From a virus (taxonomy: Duplodnaviria > Caudoviricetes), in the IMG/VR virus record IMGVR_UViG_3300027813_000087, positions 1 through 24,533 of that record: 24,533 nt of DNA. One strand, written 5' to 3'. The position numbers were made by a program, and so were the translations under genes. This document shows, in pieces, positions 1-7,987 of this stretch. The first letter of the stretch is position 1, and each line of letters opens with the position of its first letter. The notes below the pieces were generated by a model. It did no database searches, was not told where the DNA came from, and worked only from the letters and a program-made list of their open reading frames with translations.

Positions 1-92
1 CGCATTAACCCGCTTGCGAAACCAACAACAATGAAAAATGAAACAATAATAATTCCAACAATCCACAACATAATTTTTAATAATAATAACAT
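1..92 (-). CDS. Small membrane protein, runs off the window edge (MLLLLKIMLWIVGIIIVSFFIVVGFASGLM...)
   Basis: Translated by hand; not in the ORF track. ATG at 92 follows an A-rich spacer 8 nt after the upstream stop, and the N-terminus is a continuous hydrophobic helix. Confidence 0.6.
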   Translation of the reverse strand, partial: MLLLLKIMLWIVGIIIVSFFIVVGFASGLM

Positions 93-100
93 AATTTTTT

Positions 101-505
101 TTATTTTGATTTAACGAAGTCGTCGGCTTCGTCTTCCGATTTAACACCTATTTCATAAAGATTTAAAATTTTCAAAACCGCCCGTGACATTGCGCGTTTT
201 TCGGCCATTTCTAAAACATAATGCGATTGTGTGTTTCCGTCTTTATAAGATGTCCCACGTAATGCCGAACCCGTTGTTTCCAATGTTCTTTTTCCGAAAT
301 AAGATGTTGCCAAAACTGACGCAAAATCGCGTTCACTTTTTATAATTTTAAACGTGACAATTATTTGTGATTTTGCCATAATTTTTTCGATTCCGGAACG
401 TGTCAAAATAACATAATTTTTGTGTGTGAAAACGTCGGTTGGCGTTAATTCATAATCAAAATACATTTTTTTTAATTGCTCGCGGTTGTTGTCTTTTTTT
501 TCCAT
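101..505 (-). CDS. Putative ssDNA-annealing recombination protein (Rad52/Sak-like fold)
   Basis: C-terminal EMAEKRAMSRAVLK...GVKSEDEADDF resembles phage annealase motifs. It has its own promoter and an ACC-A9-CCAA leader. Confidence 0.5.
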   Translation of the reverse strand: MEKKDNNREQLKKMYFDYELTPTDVFTHKNYVILTRSGIEKIMAKSQIIVTFKIIKSERDFASVLATSYFGKRTLETTGSALRGTSYKDGNTQSHYVLEMAEKRAMSRAVLKILNLYEIGVKSEDEADDFVKSK

Positions 506-525
506 TTGGTTTTTTTTTGGTTCTA

Positions 526-555
526 CAAAGTTAATAAATTTTTGATATTGTGCAA
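526..555 (-). promoter_or_regulatory. Bacteroidota sigma70-type promoter TTG-N19-TAACTTTG
   Basis: Minus strand gTTGcacaatatcaaaaatttatTAACTTTGtag matches the -33/-7 consensus, 20 nt upstream of the ATG at 505. Confidence 0.7.
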
Positions 556-819
556 CTATTTTTTATAAATATTTCCGCCATAACTCGGCGTTGAATCGGC
601 GTCAATAATTCCTTTGCCCGCGATACGCAATCCGTTGACAATATCACCACGTGTTGCGTTGTTAATTAAGCGTTCCCACTTTGCAAAATTACGATAACCG
701 GAATCGACGCACGTTCGAAATGATTTTTCGCCGTCGTTGAAAAATAGATAATACATTGTGCCGCCCGTCTTTTGTGACGGAACGGACTTTTGGTTTTTGT
801 AGTGAAATTTTTTATTCAT
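556..819 (-). CDS. Hypothetical phage protein (87 aa)
   Basis: ORF track; its ATG overlaps the upstream stop (TAATG). Confidence 0.8.
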   Translation of the reverse strand: MNKKFHYKNQKSVPSQKTGGTMYYLFFNDGEKSFRTCVDSGYRNFAKWERLINNATRGDIVNGLRIAGKGIIDADSTPSYGGNIYKK

Positions 820-926
820 TATTTTATTAAAAAGATTAAATCAATTAAAGTTAATGTTGCGCAAAGCATATATAATAAACCATACATTGCCGCAAACGCT
901 AAAGTGTATTCAAGAATTTTTTTCAT
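819..926 (-). CDS. Small single-pass membrane protein (35 aa, MKKILEYTLAFAAMYGLLYMLCATLTLIDLIFLIK)
   Basis: Translated by hand. It fills the gap exactly, starting 1 nt after the upstream stop, and its TAA overlaps the next ATG. Confidence 0.7.
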   Translation of the reverse strand: MKKILEYTLAFAAMYGLLYMLCATLTLIDLIFLIK

Positions 927-927
927 T

Positions 928-1134
928 TTATTTTTTATTTATTGTTTTATTAATGTCAATGTAAAAGTCACCCAAATTTGTTTCGTGTGTTTTGTTTTCA
1001 TATTCAAATTTAATTGAAATGTTTTTAGTGTATAAACAAACATAAACTTCAATGATTTTTGCACCTTGTTTTTGCAATTCTTTGATTCTTATTTTCAATT
1101 GCTTTTGACGTTCTTTTGTGTGTGGGTTTTCCAT
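928..1134 (-). CDS. Hypothetical protein (68 aa)
   Basis: ORF track; tightly packed in the small-gene operon. Confidence 0.7.
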   Translation of the reverse strand: MENPHTKERQKQLKIRIKELQKQGAKIIEVYVCLYTKNISIKFEYENKTHETNLGDFYIDINKTINKK

Positions 1135-1136
1135 AA

Positions 1137-1328
1137 TTAAATTCCTAAAGAAAATTTCTTTTTATAATCTCGCGTGTCATTTCCTTTTAAATCGAAATTC
1201 ATAAATTCAACTTGCGGTTCACCACTCCAATTTGTTGTGTGTATTTTTAACGTAAAACCATTTTTGTTTTTTGTTGTTTTGGTTTTAAGTTTTGAAAATG
1301 CTTTTTGATATGCTTGTAATTGTGTCAT
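1137..1328 (-). CDS. Hypothetical protein (63 aa)
   Basis: ORF track; A-rich leader downstream of a GC hairpin. Confidence 0.75.
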   Translation of the reverse strand: MTQLQAYQKAFSKLKTKTTKNKNGFTLKIHTTNWSGEPQVEFMNFDLKGNDTRDYKKKFSLGI

Positions 1329-1348
1329 TTCTTTTTTTTGTTTTTAAT

Positions 1349-1373
1349 GGGCGGGAAAAATCCCCGCCCGTGT
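1349..1373 (-). repeat. Intergenic GC-rich hairpin, shared with 10379-10403
   Basis: Plus strand GGGCGGG-aaaaatc-CCCGCCC followed by gtgt. CCCGCCCGTGT also occurs at 10394-10404. Confidence 0.8.
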
Positions 1374-1379
1374 TTTGTT

Positions 1380-1616
1380 TTATCTTGCAATCGCTTGCGC
1401 TAAGTATGTAAAAAAGTGCATAATGTCGCCGTTATGAAAATCGATTTTTACTAAAGTGTTTTTGATTTGGTTTTGTTCGTGTGTTGGTGCGATTTCAATA
1501 TGTTCAACGATCACACCTAATGGAATAAAGTTTGTTCCGCTTTGTCCTTCAACTTCAATGATTGTTTCAATGTTGATGTTTTTTTCTGAAATTAAAGTGT
1601 TTAAATAATTTGTCAT
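1380..1616 (-). CDS. Hypothetical protein (78 aa, MTNYLNTL...), first gene after cassette promoter A
   Basis: Start moved from 1676 to ATG 1616, because the track's start lies inside the promoter and its extension only translates the leader (PKKTKKK). Confidence 0.8.
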   Translation of the reverse strand: MTNYLNTLISEKNINIETIIEVEGQSGTNFIPLGVIVEHIEIAPTHEQNQIKNTLVKIDFHNGDIMHFFTYLAQAIAR

Positions 1617-1623
1617 TTTCTTT

Positions 1624-1711
1624 TTGGTTTTTTTTGGTTGGCAAGATTGCCGTTGTTTGATGGTGTAAAGATACATTAAATTTCATTAAATCAAACTTTT
1701 TTTCATTAAAT
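1624..1711 (-). promoter_or_regulatory. Cassette promoter A: TTTG-N18-TATCTTTA, 5' stem-loop and ACC-A8-CCAA leader
   Basis: tgtaaagatacattaaat at 1664-1681 is identical to 10865-10882. Stem GGCAA/TTGCC at 1640-1651; leader motif at 1624-1639. Confidence 0.75.
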
Positions 1712-1750
1712 ATGCAAAAAACTTTCATTTACTAGAGTAAAAAAAGATTT

Positions 1751-2995
1751 TTATTTTATTAAATTATGTGAAAATTGGCAAATTAAACCCTCATTTTCGC
1801 ACCAAATGAACGCTTCGCAACTTTGTGTTGCGCCTTTATAACCTTTTAAATTGTGCCACGCGTCCGTTCCGCTTAGTGAACGCATAAACCTAATAACAAT
1901 TCCTTTGTGTTCTTGCGTTGCCATAAATTTGATTTCCTTTTTATGGTGTAAATGGCCAATATGGATTTCGCGAAATTGTGTCGCCGCCCATAATTTTGGA
2001 ACTTCGGACGCAACTAACAAAGGCAAATCAATTGTTTTTTCATTGTTTCCGTGCGTGTAACTGATTAAACAATTTCCGAATTGATAATGTTTCCGTGGTG
2101 TTGGTTCGTTGTTTACAATAACATTTTTGTTGTTATGATACCAACACGACAACACGTCACCAACATAAAACGAACGTTCCCAATCGTGGTTTCCTTGGAT
2201 AATAACAACGTCAACGGGTGCAACCTTGGACAACATATCGATTCCCGCAATTAATAATTGCCGGCCTTCTTTAAATGTTTTTTGCCACCTCACGTCCTCG
2301 TCTTGCGGCGTCCCCGCCGAAGTTTGGTTTAATCTTGTATCAGAATTAAAAAAATCGTTACCCACGGGAAAAACAACCCGTTTGATGTCATAACCTTTTG
2401 AACGTTGTATTATCGCGTCAATGGCCTTTAAAAAGCGTTTGGCGGCAATCTTGGTGTCGTAGTTGTCGCCGGTTTCCAAACCCCAACACAATTTCCCAAA
2501 ATGCAAATCGAAAATATTAACTTCTAATAAATGGCCTTTTTTTATTTTCTTATAATTAAACGACGGATATTTTGGCGAAAATGTTTTGACTTCATTAATT
2601 AATTCGTCACGTAATTTTTTAATGTTTAAAATATCCGTGTTCTTTTTTAACCACGCTTTGATTTGAAACAAAGGTTCAACAATTATCGTTCCTTCGACAT
2701 TTGATCCGACTTCCCATTTGTTGACAACGTAACGTTCAATTTCCCATACGTCCAAATCAATTTCACAATGTTCAATTAAGTCTTCAATATTTTTAATTCT
2801 CGACGATTTTTTTGTTTCAATTGTTGCGCCTTTTTTATTTTCGTCAAACGTGATTTCGTTTCCGCTTGTTGCTGAACGAACGGCCAATTCCAAACAATGT
2901 TTTTGGATATGTTTTGGAAACTTTCGAATCCTAGTGATTAAAGAATGAAATTCAGTATTCCAACGCGGCCGAAATTGTTTTTCTTTTGAATTCAC
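1751..2995 (-). CDS. Calcineurin-like metallophosphoesterase with N-terminal extension
   Basis: Motifs DLHFG, GND, GNHD, HG and GHLH occur in the canonical order. GTG start overlaps the upstream TAG. Confidence 0.85.
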   Translation of the reverse strand: MNSKEKQFRPRWNTEFHSLITRIRKFPKHIQKHCLELAVRSATSGNEITFDENKKGATIETKKSSRIKNIEDLIEHCEIDLDVWEIERYVVNKWEVGSNVEGTIIVEPLFQIKAWLKKNTDILNIKKLRDELINEVKTFSPKYPSFNYKKIKKGHLLEVNIFDLHFGKLCWGLETGDNYDTKIAAKRFLKAIDAIIQRSKGYDIKRVVFPVGNDFFNSDTRLNQTSAGTPQDEDVRWQKTFKEGRQLLIAGIDMLSKVAPVDVVIIQGNHDWERSFYVGDVLSCWYHNNKNVIVNNEPTPRKHYQFGNCLISYTHGNNEKTIDLPLLVASEVPKLWAATQFREIHIGHLHHKKEIKFMATQEHKGIVIRFMRSLSGTDAWHNLKGYKGATQSCEAFIWCENEGLICQFSHNLIK

Positions 2996-3468
2996 TATTT
3001 AATTAATTTTCTAATAAAAAACAAACCAAAAATAAAAATAATTCCAATTATTAACCAATCTTTTATTTTCTTAGAAATTGCGGATTTTGAAACAACTATT
3101 TTTTCAATTGGAATTTCACGTGTTAAATAAATAGTGTCCGCGATACATTCGCCCATTAAATAAATAATGGAATCGGTTTTTAAATATTTAATAATTAATT
3201 TGTCACGTTGAATAATTATCGTGTCGTTAACGTTGCCAAAAACAAAAGAAGTGTCAACCAAAACGTTGTTCGTGCGTATAGTGTCCGACAATCGGATCGT
3301 GTCCGTTGGTTGCAATAACTCCGGAAATTTCTTTGTTAAAACATAGATTTTTTCCGACGCCTTTTGTTTTTGGCATTCATAACGATTAACCGGTGATTTT
3401 AAAGCACAACAACCCGTTAAAATAAACAATAATAAAATTGCTAATATTTTATTTTTTACAATTTTCAT
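2995..3468 (-). CDS. Probable unimolecular spanin (lipoprotein with C-terminal TM), 157 aa
   Basis: From ATG 3468: MKIVKNKILAILLLFILTG-C (signal peptide with lipobox), a beta-like DTI-rich middle, and C-terminal WLIIGIIFIFGLFFIRK. It follows the endolysin and holin. Confidence 0.65.
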   Translation of the reverse strand: MKIVKNKILAILLLFILTGCCALKSPVNRYECQKQKASEKIYVLTKKFPELLQPTDTIRLSDTIRTNNVLVDTSFVFGNVNDTIIIQRDKLIIKYLKTDSIIYLMGECIADTIYLTREIPIEKIVVSKSAISKKIKDWLIIGIIFIFGLFFIRKLIK

Positions 3469-3673
3469 TTTTACAATTAAAACCGGACGGACGTTTTGTT
3501 TCGCCGTATATATAACCAATAACAAACGGCGATAATGCCGCAAAATATGCCGCAAATTCTGACATATTCGTTCCGTTGTCAATTCCTTTTAAACCAAACA
3601 CAACCCAACAAATTATCATTGTTGTTGTAATTAATGCCCTTTTTGAAGTAAGTAAACCAAGTAAGTTTTTCAT
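3449..3673 (-). CDS. Putative holin (two TM segments, 74 aa)
   Basis: Two hydrophobic helices and a charged C-terminus; immediately downstream of the amidase. Confidence 0.6.
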   Translation of the reverse strand: MKNLLGLLTSKRALITTTMIICWVVFGLKGIDNGTNMSEFAAYFAALSPFVIGYIYGETKRPSGFNCKNENCKK

Positions 3674-3683
3674 AATATTTTTT

Positions 3684-4166
3684 TTAATTAAAATAAACGT
3701 TTTTCATTTTCAATCCAATTTGTGCGCAATATGTTGAAACAACAAAAGACGGACACGCCTTGTTTGAAAATTGATTATGTCCCGCAACCAAAATGTCGGG
3801 ATGACGTAATATTTCGTGTTTAATGTAAGTTTGCAACGTATCACATTGCAAATCGTTTAATGTATTTTTTGGAACTTTGTTTTTATCCAACCCGCCAACA
3901 TAACAAACGTGTTTGGATTCACTATTAATTCCACGAACACCCCACGTCATTTCAGAACTTTCAATAATTTGATCGTTTGGGTTCGTTCCTTCTGCAAAAT
4001 GTAAATTGTGTAATTTTCCGTCAATTGTAATTAAATCGGAATATCCGGCACGTGTCCAACCGCGCCCATTTTTTCCCGTATGCCATTCCATTATTTGTTC
4101 CGGCCTTATGTCAACTCCTTCGTAAGTTGCCGAACAATGAATAACAAGATATTTCAATTTTGCCAT
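3684..4166 (-). CDS. Endolysin, N-acetylmuramoyl-L-alanine amidase (T7 lysozyme/Amidase_2-like)
   Basis: VIHCSAT, GWTRAGY, CYVGG and GHNQFSNKACPSF Zn-amidase motifs. ATG 4166 preferred over TTG 4172. Confidence 0.9.
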   Translation of the reverse strand: MAKLKYLVIHCSATYEGVDIRPEQIMEWHTGKNGRGWTRAGYSDLITIDGKLHNLHFAEGTNPNDQIIESSEMTWGVRGINSESKHVCYVGGLDKNKVPKNTLNDLQCDTLQTYIKHEILRHPDILVAGHNQFSNKACPSFVVSTYCAQIGLKMKNVYFN

Positions 4167-4169
4167 AGA

Positions 4170-4204
4170 CAAAAATAAAAATTATCTTAAAATTATTGTC
4201 GCAA
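4170..4204 (-). promoter_or_regulatory. Promoter TTGCGAC-N20-TATTTTTG directly before the endolysin ATG
   Basis: TAnnTTTG match at 4170-4177. The same heptamer and spacing occur at 23353-23387. Confidence 0.6.
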
Positions 4205-4218
4205 TATTTGGTTATGAA

Positions 4219-4392
4219 TCATTTTTTGTTCCAATCTTTTAATTCCTTAACAACTTTTATTGTTGTCCAAATTATCGCAATTGAATACGATATTAATTTC
4301 AATGTTAATTCCATTTGTGACAAACTTATTCCAATTGCGCCCACATTTAATAAAAGTGTCGTTGGACAAATTCTTTCAATTATTGTTTGCAT
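4219..4392 (-). CDS. Small membrane protein, holin/antiholin-like (57 aa, MQTIIERICPTTLLLNVGAIGISLSQMELTLKLISYSIAIIWTTIKVVKELKDWNKK)
   Basis: Translated by hand; below the track cutoff. Hydrophobic with a basic C-terminus, just upstream of the endolysin. Confidence 0.7.
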   Translation of the reverse strand: MQTIIERICPTTLLLNVGAIGISLSQMELTLKLISYSIAIIWTTIKVVKELKDWNKK

Positions 4393-4411
4393 TTTAAAGA
4401 TAATTTATTTA

Positions 4412-5143
4412 TTAAAAATTAAGTGTAATATTACTATTTAATATAAAAACGGCGGATTCTGCTGAACCACTAGATGCCGTTACAATCAAAACTTCGTTCG
4501 GCGACAATGCTTCCGTAAAACCTGCGCAAGTTGTAAAAGAATCAATATTAAAACAAATTGGAGTATTATTTGAAGTCAATGTTAAAGAAATAGTTGCCGC
4601 CCTACAAACCGGAATTGTTGACGGATAAGCGCCCGACAACGGACAAACCAATGTTGTTCTTAATAAACTCAACACAACAATTGTTCCCGTTGCACCATTG
4701 ATCCAACCATTCCAATTTTGTAATATCCCTCCGTTTTTTGGATTCGAATAAACTGAAGTGTAAAGCATATTTTTTGGCGTAATTGTCGTTATGCTTGGTG
4801 TTCCTAAATTTGTAACAAATTTGTGTTCACTATTGTATTGCGCATTTCCTAACCCAAATTCACTTCCGGTTGCAATTGATCCGTATGCTTTTATATTTTG
4901 TGTAACAAAATTGTCAATACTTGCCGACGTGTTTATTGTTACGTCACCCAAACCCGTAACCGGTGAAATTGTGATTCCCGTTCCCGCAACAATTGAAGAC
5001 ACGCCACCACCGCCACCACTATCGGCCGCCCATTCTAAAACCCCCGTTGAATTTTTTGTTAATTTTGTGTCGTTTGCAGCCGTCGCGAATCCTTTTGGAA
5101 CGTGAATTTGTGCGTCAACTAAATTTTTGTGTAAATTACTCAT
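4412..5143 (-). CDS. Putative virion fibre/appendage protein (243 aa)
   Basis: Start at ATG 5143 (MSNLHKNL...IHVPKG). Gly5 hinge, then VSSIVAGTGITIS fibre-like segment and a Thr/Ser-rich beta C-terminal domain. Confidence 0.55.
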   Translation of the reverse strand: MSNLHKNLVDAQIHVPKGFATAANDTKLTKNSTGVLEWAADSGGGGGVSSIVAGTGITISPVTGLGDVTINTSASIDNFVTQNIKAYGSIATGSEFGLGNAQYNSEHKFVTNLGTPSITTITPKNMLYTSVYSNPKNGGILQNWNGWINGATGTIVVLSLLRTTLVCPLSGAYPSTIPVCRAATISLTLTSNNTPICFNIDSFTTCAGFTEALSPNEVLIVTASSGSAESAVFILNSNITLNF

Positions 5144-5306
5144 TTGTTTTTTTTGTTTTTGGTTTATCTTTATTGTCCCATTGTGAAACACACACCGCAA
5201 TTCGTTGTGTTAAATTTGGAAAATCTTTATTCATTATTTCCGTTTCAATACAACGTGAAATGAACGCGTCTTTTGGTTCGTTTTTATTTGGTATCGGTAA
5301 CGGCAC
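5136..5306 (-). CDS. Small phage protein with two Cys (56 aa, MPLPIPNKNEPKDAFISRCIETEIMNKDFPNLTQRIAVCVSQWDNK...)
   Basis: Translated by hand; GTG start 3 nt after the upstream stop, and its stop overlaps the next gene. P-x-P...FISRC...QRxAVC pattern recalls small proteins near phage head genes. Confidence 0.75.
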   Translation of the reverse strand: MPLPIPNKNEPKDAFISRCIETEIMNKDFPNLTQRIAVCVSQWDNKDKPKTKKTNE

Positions 5307-5309
5307 AAT

Positions 5310-5852
5310 TTAATAAATTATCATTCCGTGTTGCTTTGAAACTTTGTTTGAAGTGTTGCCACAATCCACACTTGACGAACTTTTGTATTCCGGAAAATCC
5401 GTTGCGTTTGTGTCTAAAAAATCAATCATTGCTTGCAACATAACATTTCCGCGTCTATAAGTGTCTTGTTTATAAACGTTTAATGTTTTTGCGTCAACCG
5501 CTTTTGAAAAATCCGGAATTGCCGTTACTATTCCGCTTGACGTTGAATTGTCTTGGATTTCGTTTATTACTTCAAATCTAACAAACCACGCAAACGTTGG
5601 AATTAACCATTGCGCCATAAAATCCGTGTCCTCTGTGCTTGGTGCGCCAACCGGAACGGAATTAAAAACTTTTTTCAAATGTAAATAATAAGAATCACCA
5701 ATTGCACTTTTTAAGTGTGCAAATTCGGCCATTGTAATTAAATTATTCGAAATTAAAACCGGATCGGTGTTTTGATTTGTGAACGAATAAGTGATTGTTT
5801 GCGCCGCCGTAATTAACGGATCAAATGATAAATAATTATTTGTAATTGCCAT
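5310..5852 (-). CDS. Putative head-tail adaptor/connector protein
   Basis: 180 aa, largely helical, directly downstream of the portal; assignment by context. Confidence 0.55.
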   Translation of the reverse strand: MAITNNYLSFDPLITAAQTITYSFTNQNTDPVLISNNLITMAEFAHLKSAIGDSYYLHLKKVFNSVPVGAPSTEDTDFMAQWLIPTFAWFVRFEVINEIQDNSTSSGIVTAIPDFSKAVDAKTLNVYKQDTYRRGNVMLQAMIDFLDTNATDFPEYKSSSSVDCGNTSNKVSKQHGMIIY

Positions 5853-7088
5853 TTATATTTCTTTTTTATTTGACAACATAGTGTCGCCAAATTCCGTTGC
5901 TTCGAAACCTAACACCAAACGTTGTTCGTTAATTGTTAAAACTTGACTTGGGACAATATCGGATAAAAAAGAAACCGGCGGTTCATAAACAATTTCCAAA
6001 TCGTCAATGTCTAACGTTGTGTTTTCTTTGATTATTCTTTGAATTTTTCCAAAAATTAAACTTTCAACGTCTTTTATTATCGTTCCCATTACCATTTCCC
6101 ACGCAACACGGATTTCATTTCCGGTTGAACTTAATTTTCCGGAACTAACGATTCCGGACATTGCCGGTTGCCACCGGTGCGCGGTGATTATGTTTTGACT
6201 TGTTAATGATTGTAATTCCATAAACGATCCGTCCGATCCGTCTTTTATTAATGTAACGTTTGCCGGTGACGTGTCGCCGTTCTTAACTAGAAATAAAATC
6301 TTTGAATTGTTACCTTTGCCCGTCCATTTTGCTTGCGCGTCCTTAACTAATTTTTCGGCTTCTTCTTCACCCATATCGCCGTTTATTTCAACAATTGCGC
6401 TTGGTGTAAAATTATTTTTGAACTTTGATTCATTATAAGTTTGCAATTCCCAATCAATAGCCAACCAAGACATTGCGGCCACAAAATCCGGCAATCCGTA
6501 ATAATTAAACGTCGGTTCGTAATCTTTAAATTGAACAATTGAAGTGTTTTTTTCAAAATCCGGATAAACGGGAACAATTGCCGTGTCTTCTTTTGTCGTT
6601 CCATACTTCGCCCAATCGGGGTGAATATAAATATGTTTTTGATCCTTTGAAACTCGACATTTCGTTGCGTCAATATGAAATAAATTTATTCCGCCTTCGT
6701 GTTTAACAATTTGCATATAAGCATTTCCAAACGTATAATAATCATTGATAATTCGTCCGTAAACCTCACGCATTGAATCACCCGTGTTGACGTCTGCAAT
6801 AAATTCTTCGACGGCTAAATTTTCGGACGCAAAGTTTTTTCCCATACTCAAAATTTTCTTTTGTGCTAGGATTGATCGGTGCGTTGGCGATTGTCGCGCA
6901 ACTTCTGCCAAAAATTGTGGAAATAAATTGTCTTCGCCACTTGGAATAAATGGTGTTCGAATTGTTTTTAAATCTACGTTTTCGCGGATTTTGTCCGGAA
7001 CTCCTAAATTAAAAATATCGAACTTTGTAAATCCAACTTTTTTCGCGGCCGAATTAATCGTTTGATTCGTTGTTTTCCTTTTGCTCAT
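5853..7088 (-). CDS. Portal protein
   Basis: 411 aa with portal-like motifs (GEDNLFPQFL, DYYTFGNAY, YYGLPDF, FKNNFTPS, IITAHR, SSGKLSSTGNEI). Confidence 0.85.
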   Translation of the reverse strand: MSKRKTTNQTINSAAKKVGFTKFDIFNLGVPDKIRENVDLKTIRTPFIPSGEDNLFPQFLAEVARQSPTHRSILAQKKILSMGKNFASENLAVEEFIADVNTGDSMREVYGRIINDYYTFGNAYMQIVKHEGGINLFHIDATKCRVSKDQKHIYIHPDWAKYGTTKEDTAIVPVYPDFEKNTSIVQFKDYEPTFNYYGLPDFVAAMSWLAIDWELQTYNESKFKNNFTPSAIVEINGDMGEEEAEKLVKDAQAKWTGKGNNSKILFLVKNGDTSPANVTLIKDGSDGSFMELQSLTSQNIITAHRWQPAMSGIVSSGKLSSTGNEIRVAWEMVMGTIIKDVESLIFGKIQRIIKENTTLDIDDLEIVYEPPVSFLSDIVPSQVLTINEQRLVLGFEATEFGDTMLSNKKEI

Positions 7089-7254
7089 TTTTTGCGGTTT
7101 TTTTAGGTTCTTTTATTTCGTTAACATATTCGAATCCGTCTTTAAATAATTTTTTCAAAAGTTTTTGATCAACCGAATTTGTTTCGTATTTATTTCCGTT
7201 GTAACGAAATGATTTTGCACCCGCAACGTCTTTGTGTAATTTGTATTTTGCCAT
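7054..7254 (-). CDS. Hypothetical small basic protein (66 aa)
   Basis: ORF track; own promoter upstream; overlaps the portal start by 35 nt. Confidence 0.7.
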   Translation of the reverse strand: MAKYKLHKDVAGAKSFRYNGNKYETNSVDQKLLKKLFKDGFEYVNEIKEPKKTAKNEQKENNESND

Positions 7255-7287
7255 TTTATTATTTTAAATAATTAATAAATCGTTTTG

Positions 7288-7318
7288 CTAAAATACAATA
7301 AAATTTCATTGTGTCAAA
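7288..7318 (-). promoter_or_regulatory. Promoter TTTG-N19-TATTTTAG for the portal operon
   Basis: Near-consensus Bacteroidota -33/-7 elements; the -33 overlaps the terminator U-tract. Confidence 0.55.
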
Positions 7319-7348
7319 AAAAAATGGGGACACTTTTAAATGTCCCCA
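7316..7348 (-). terminator. Rho-independent terminator after capsid/major tail genes
   Basis: Minus strand TGGGGACA-tttaaaag-TGTCCCCA followed by T9. Confidence 0.85.
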
Positions 7349-7399
7349 ATTTAATTTTAATTCAAATCGAATTTGAAACCTATATTCTAGCGTTAAATA

Positions 7400-7951
7400 T
7401 TAAACCGGAATCGTTCCCGTGAATTCTCTTGGATATTCTCCTTGTTGTGTAGAAATAACAATTGCCGTTCCGTTTGCGTCTTGCAGCCCAACACCCGTTG
7501 TTTCTTCACCACTTGTGAATTCCATATATGCCGTTTCTTCAAATATTTCGTCCCAACCTAAAACGAATTTATAAGTCAAAGCCGGTGTTGCGCAATCGTC
7601 CGCGTAAGTTTCAACAATTGCCGTAATTCCACAACTTGTAACTAATTCCATTAAATCGTGGTTAACAACTCCCGTTACTTTAGGAATGTAAAATTCCAAA
7701 GAAACTTCAATCATTGTCGATCCGTTTTCCCTTGTTGCTGACGCCGTGAAACCCGCGCTTCCTCTGTCAAATTCCCATTTAAAGAAAACCGCCCCACCCG
7801 TCATAACAACCGCCGTATATCCGTGTGAACCGGCCGCCGCGTCAAGTGTAAACGACGTAATATCGTCCGTGTTTCCTAAATAAATTGTTTTTAATCCACC
7901 ACGTCTATTTCTATCGCAGCAAATAACATTATGTCCCGTTGTAATACTCAT
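7400..7951 (-). CDS. Probable major tail tube protein
   Basis: 183 aa, beta-rich, N-terminal C..GGLKTIYL pattern. It shares the terminator-bounded high-expression unit with the capsid gene. Confidence 0.6.
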   Translation of the reverse strand: MSITTGHNVICCDRNRRGGLKTIYLGNTDDITSFTLDAAAGSHGYTAVVMTGGAVFFKWEFDRGSAGFTASATRENGSTMIEVSLEFYIPKVTGVVNHDLMELVTSCGITAIVETYADDCATPALTYKFVLGWDEIFEETAYMEFTSGEETTGVGLQDANGTAIVISTQQGEYPREFTGTIPV

Positions 7952-7987
7952 AATTTTATATTTTTATTTTATTATTATTTATTTTAA

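Noticed and set aside
3469-3582. N-terminal extension of the 2995-3582 ORF; likewise 1617-1676 and 5144-5200
   Set aside because: These extensions overlap upstream genes or promoters. Downstream ATGs give a signal peptide or the proper leader context.
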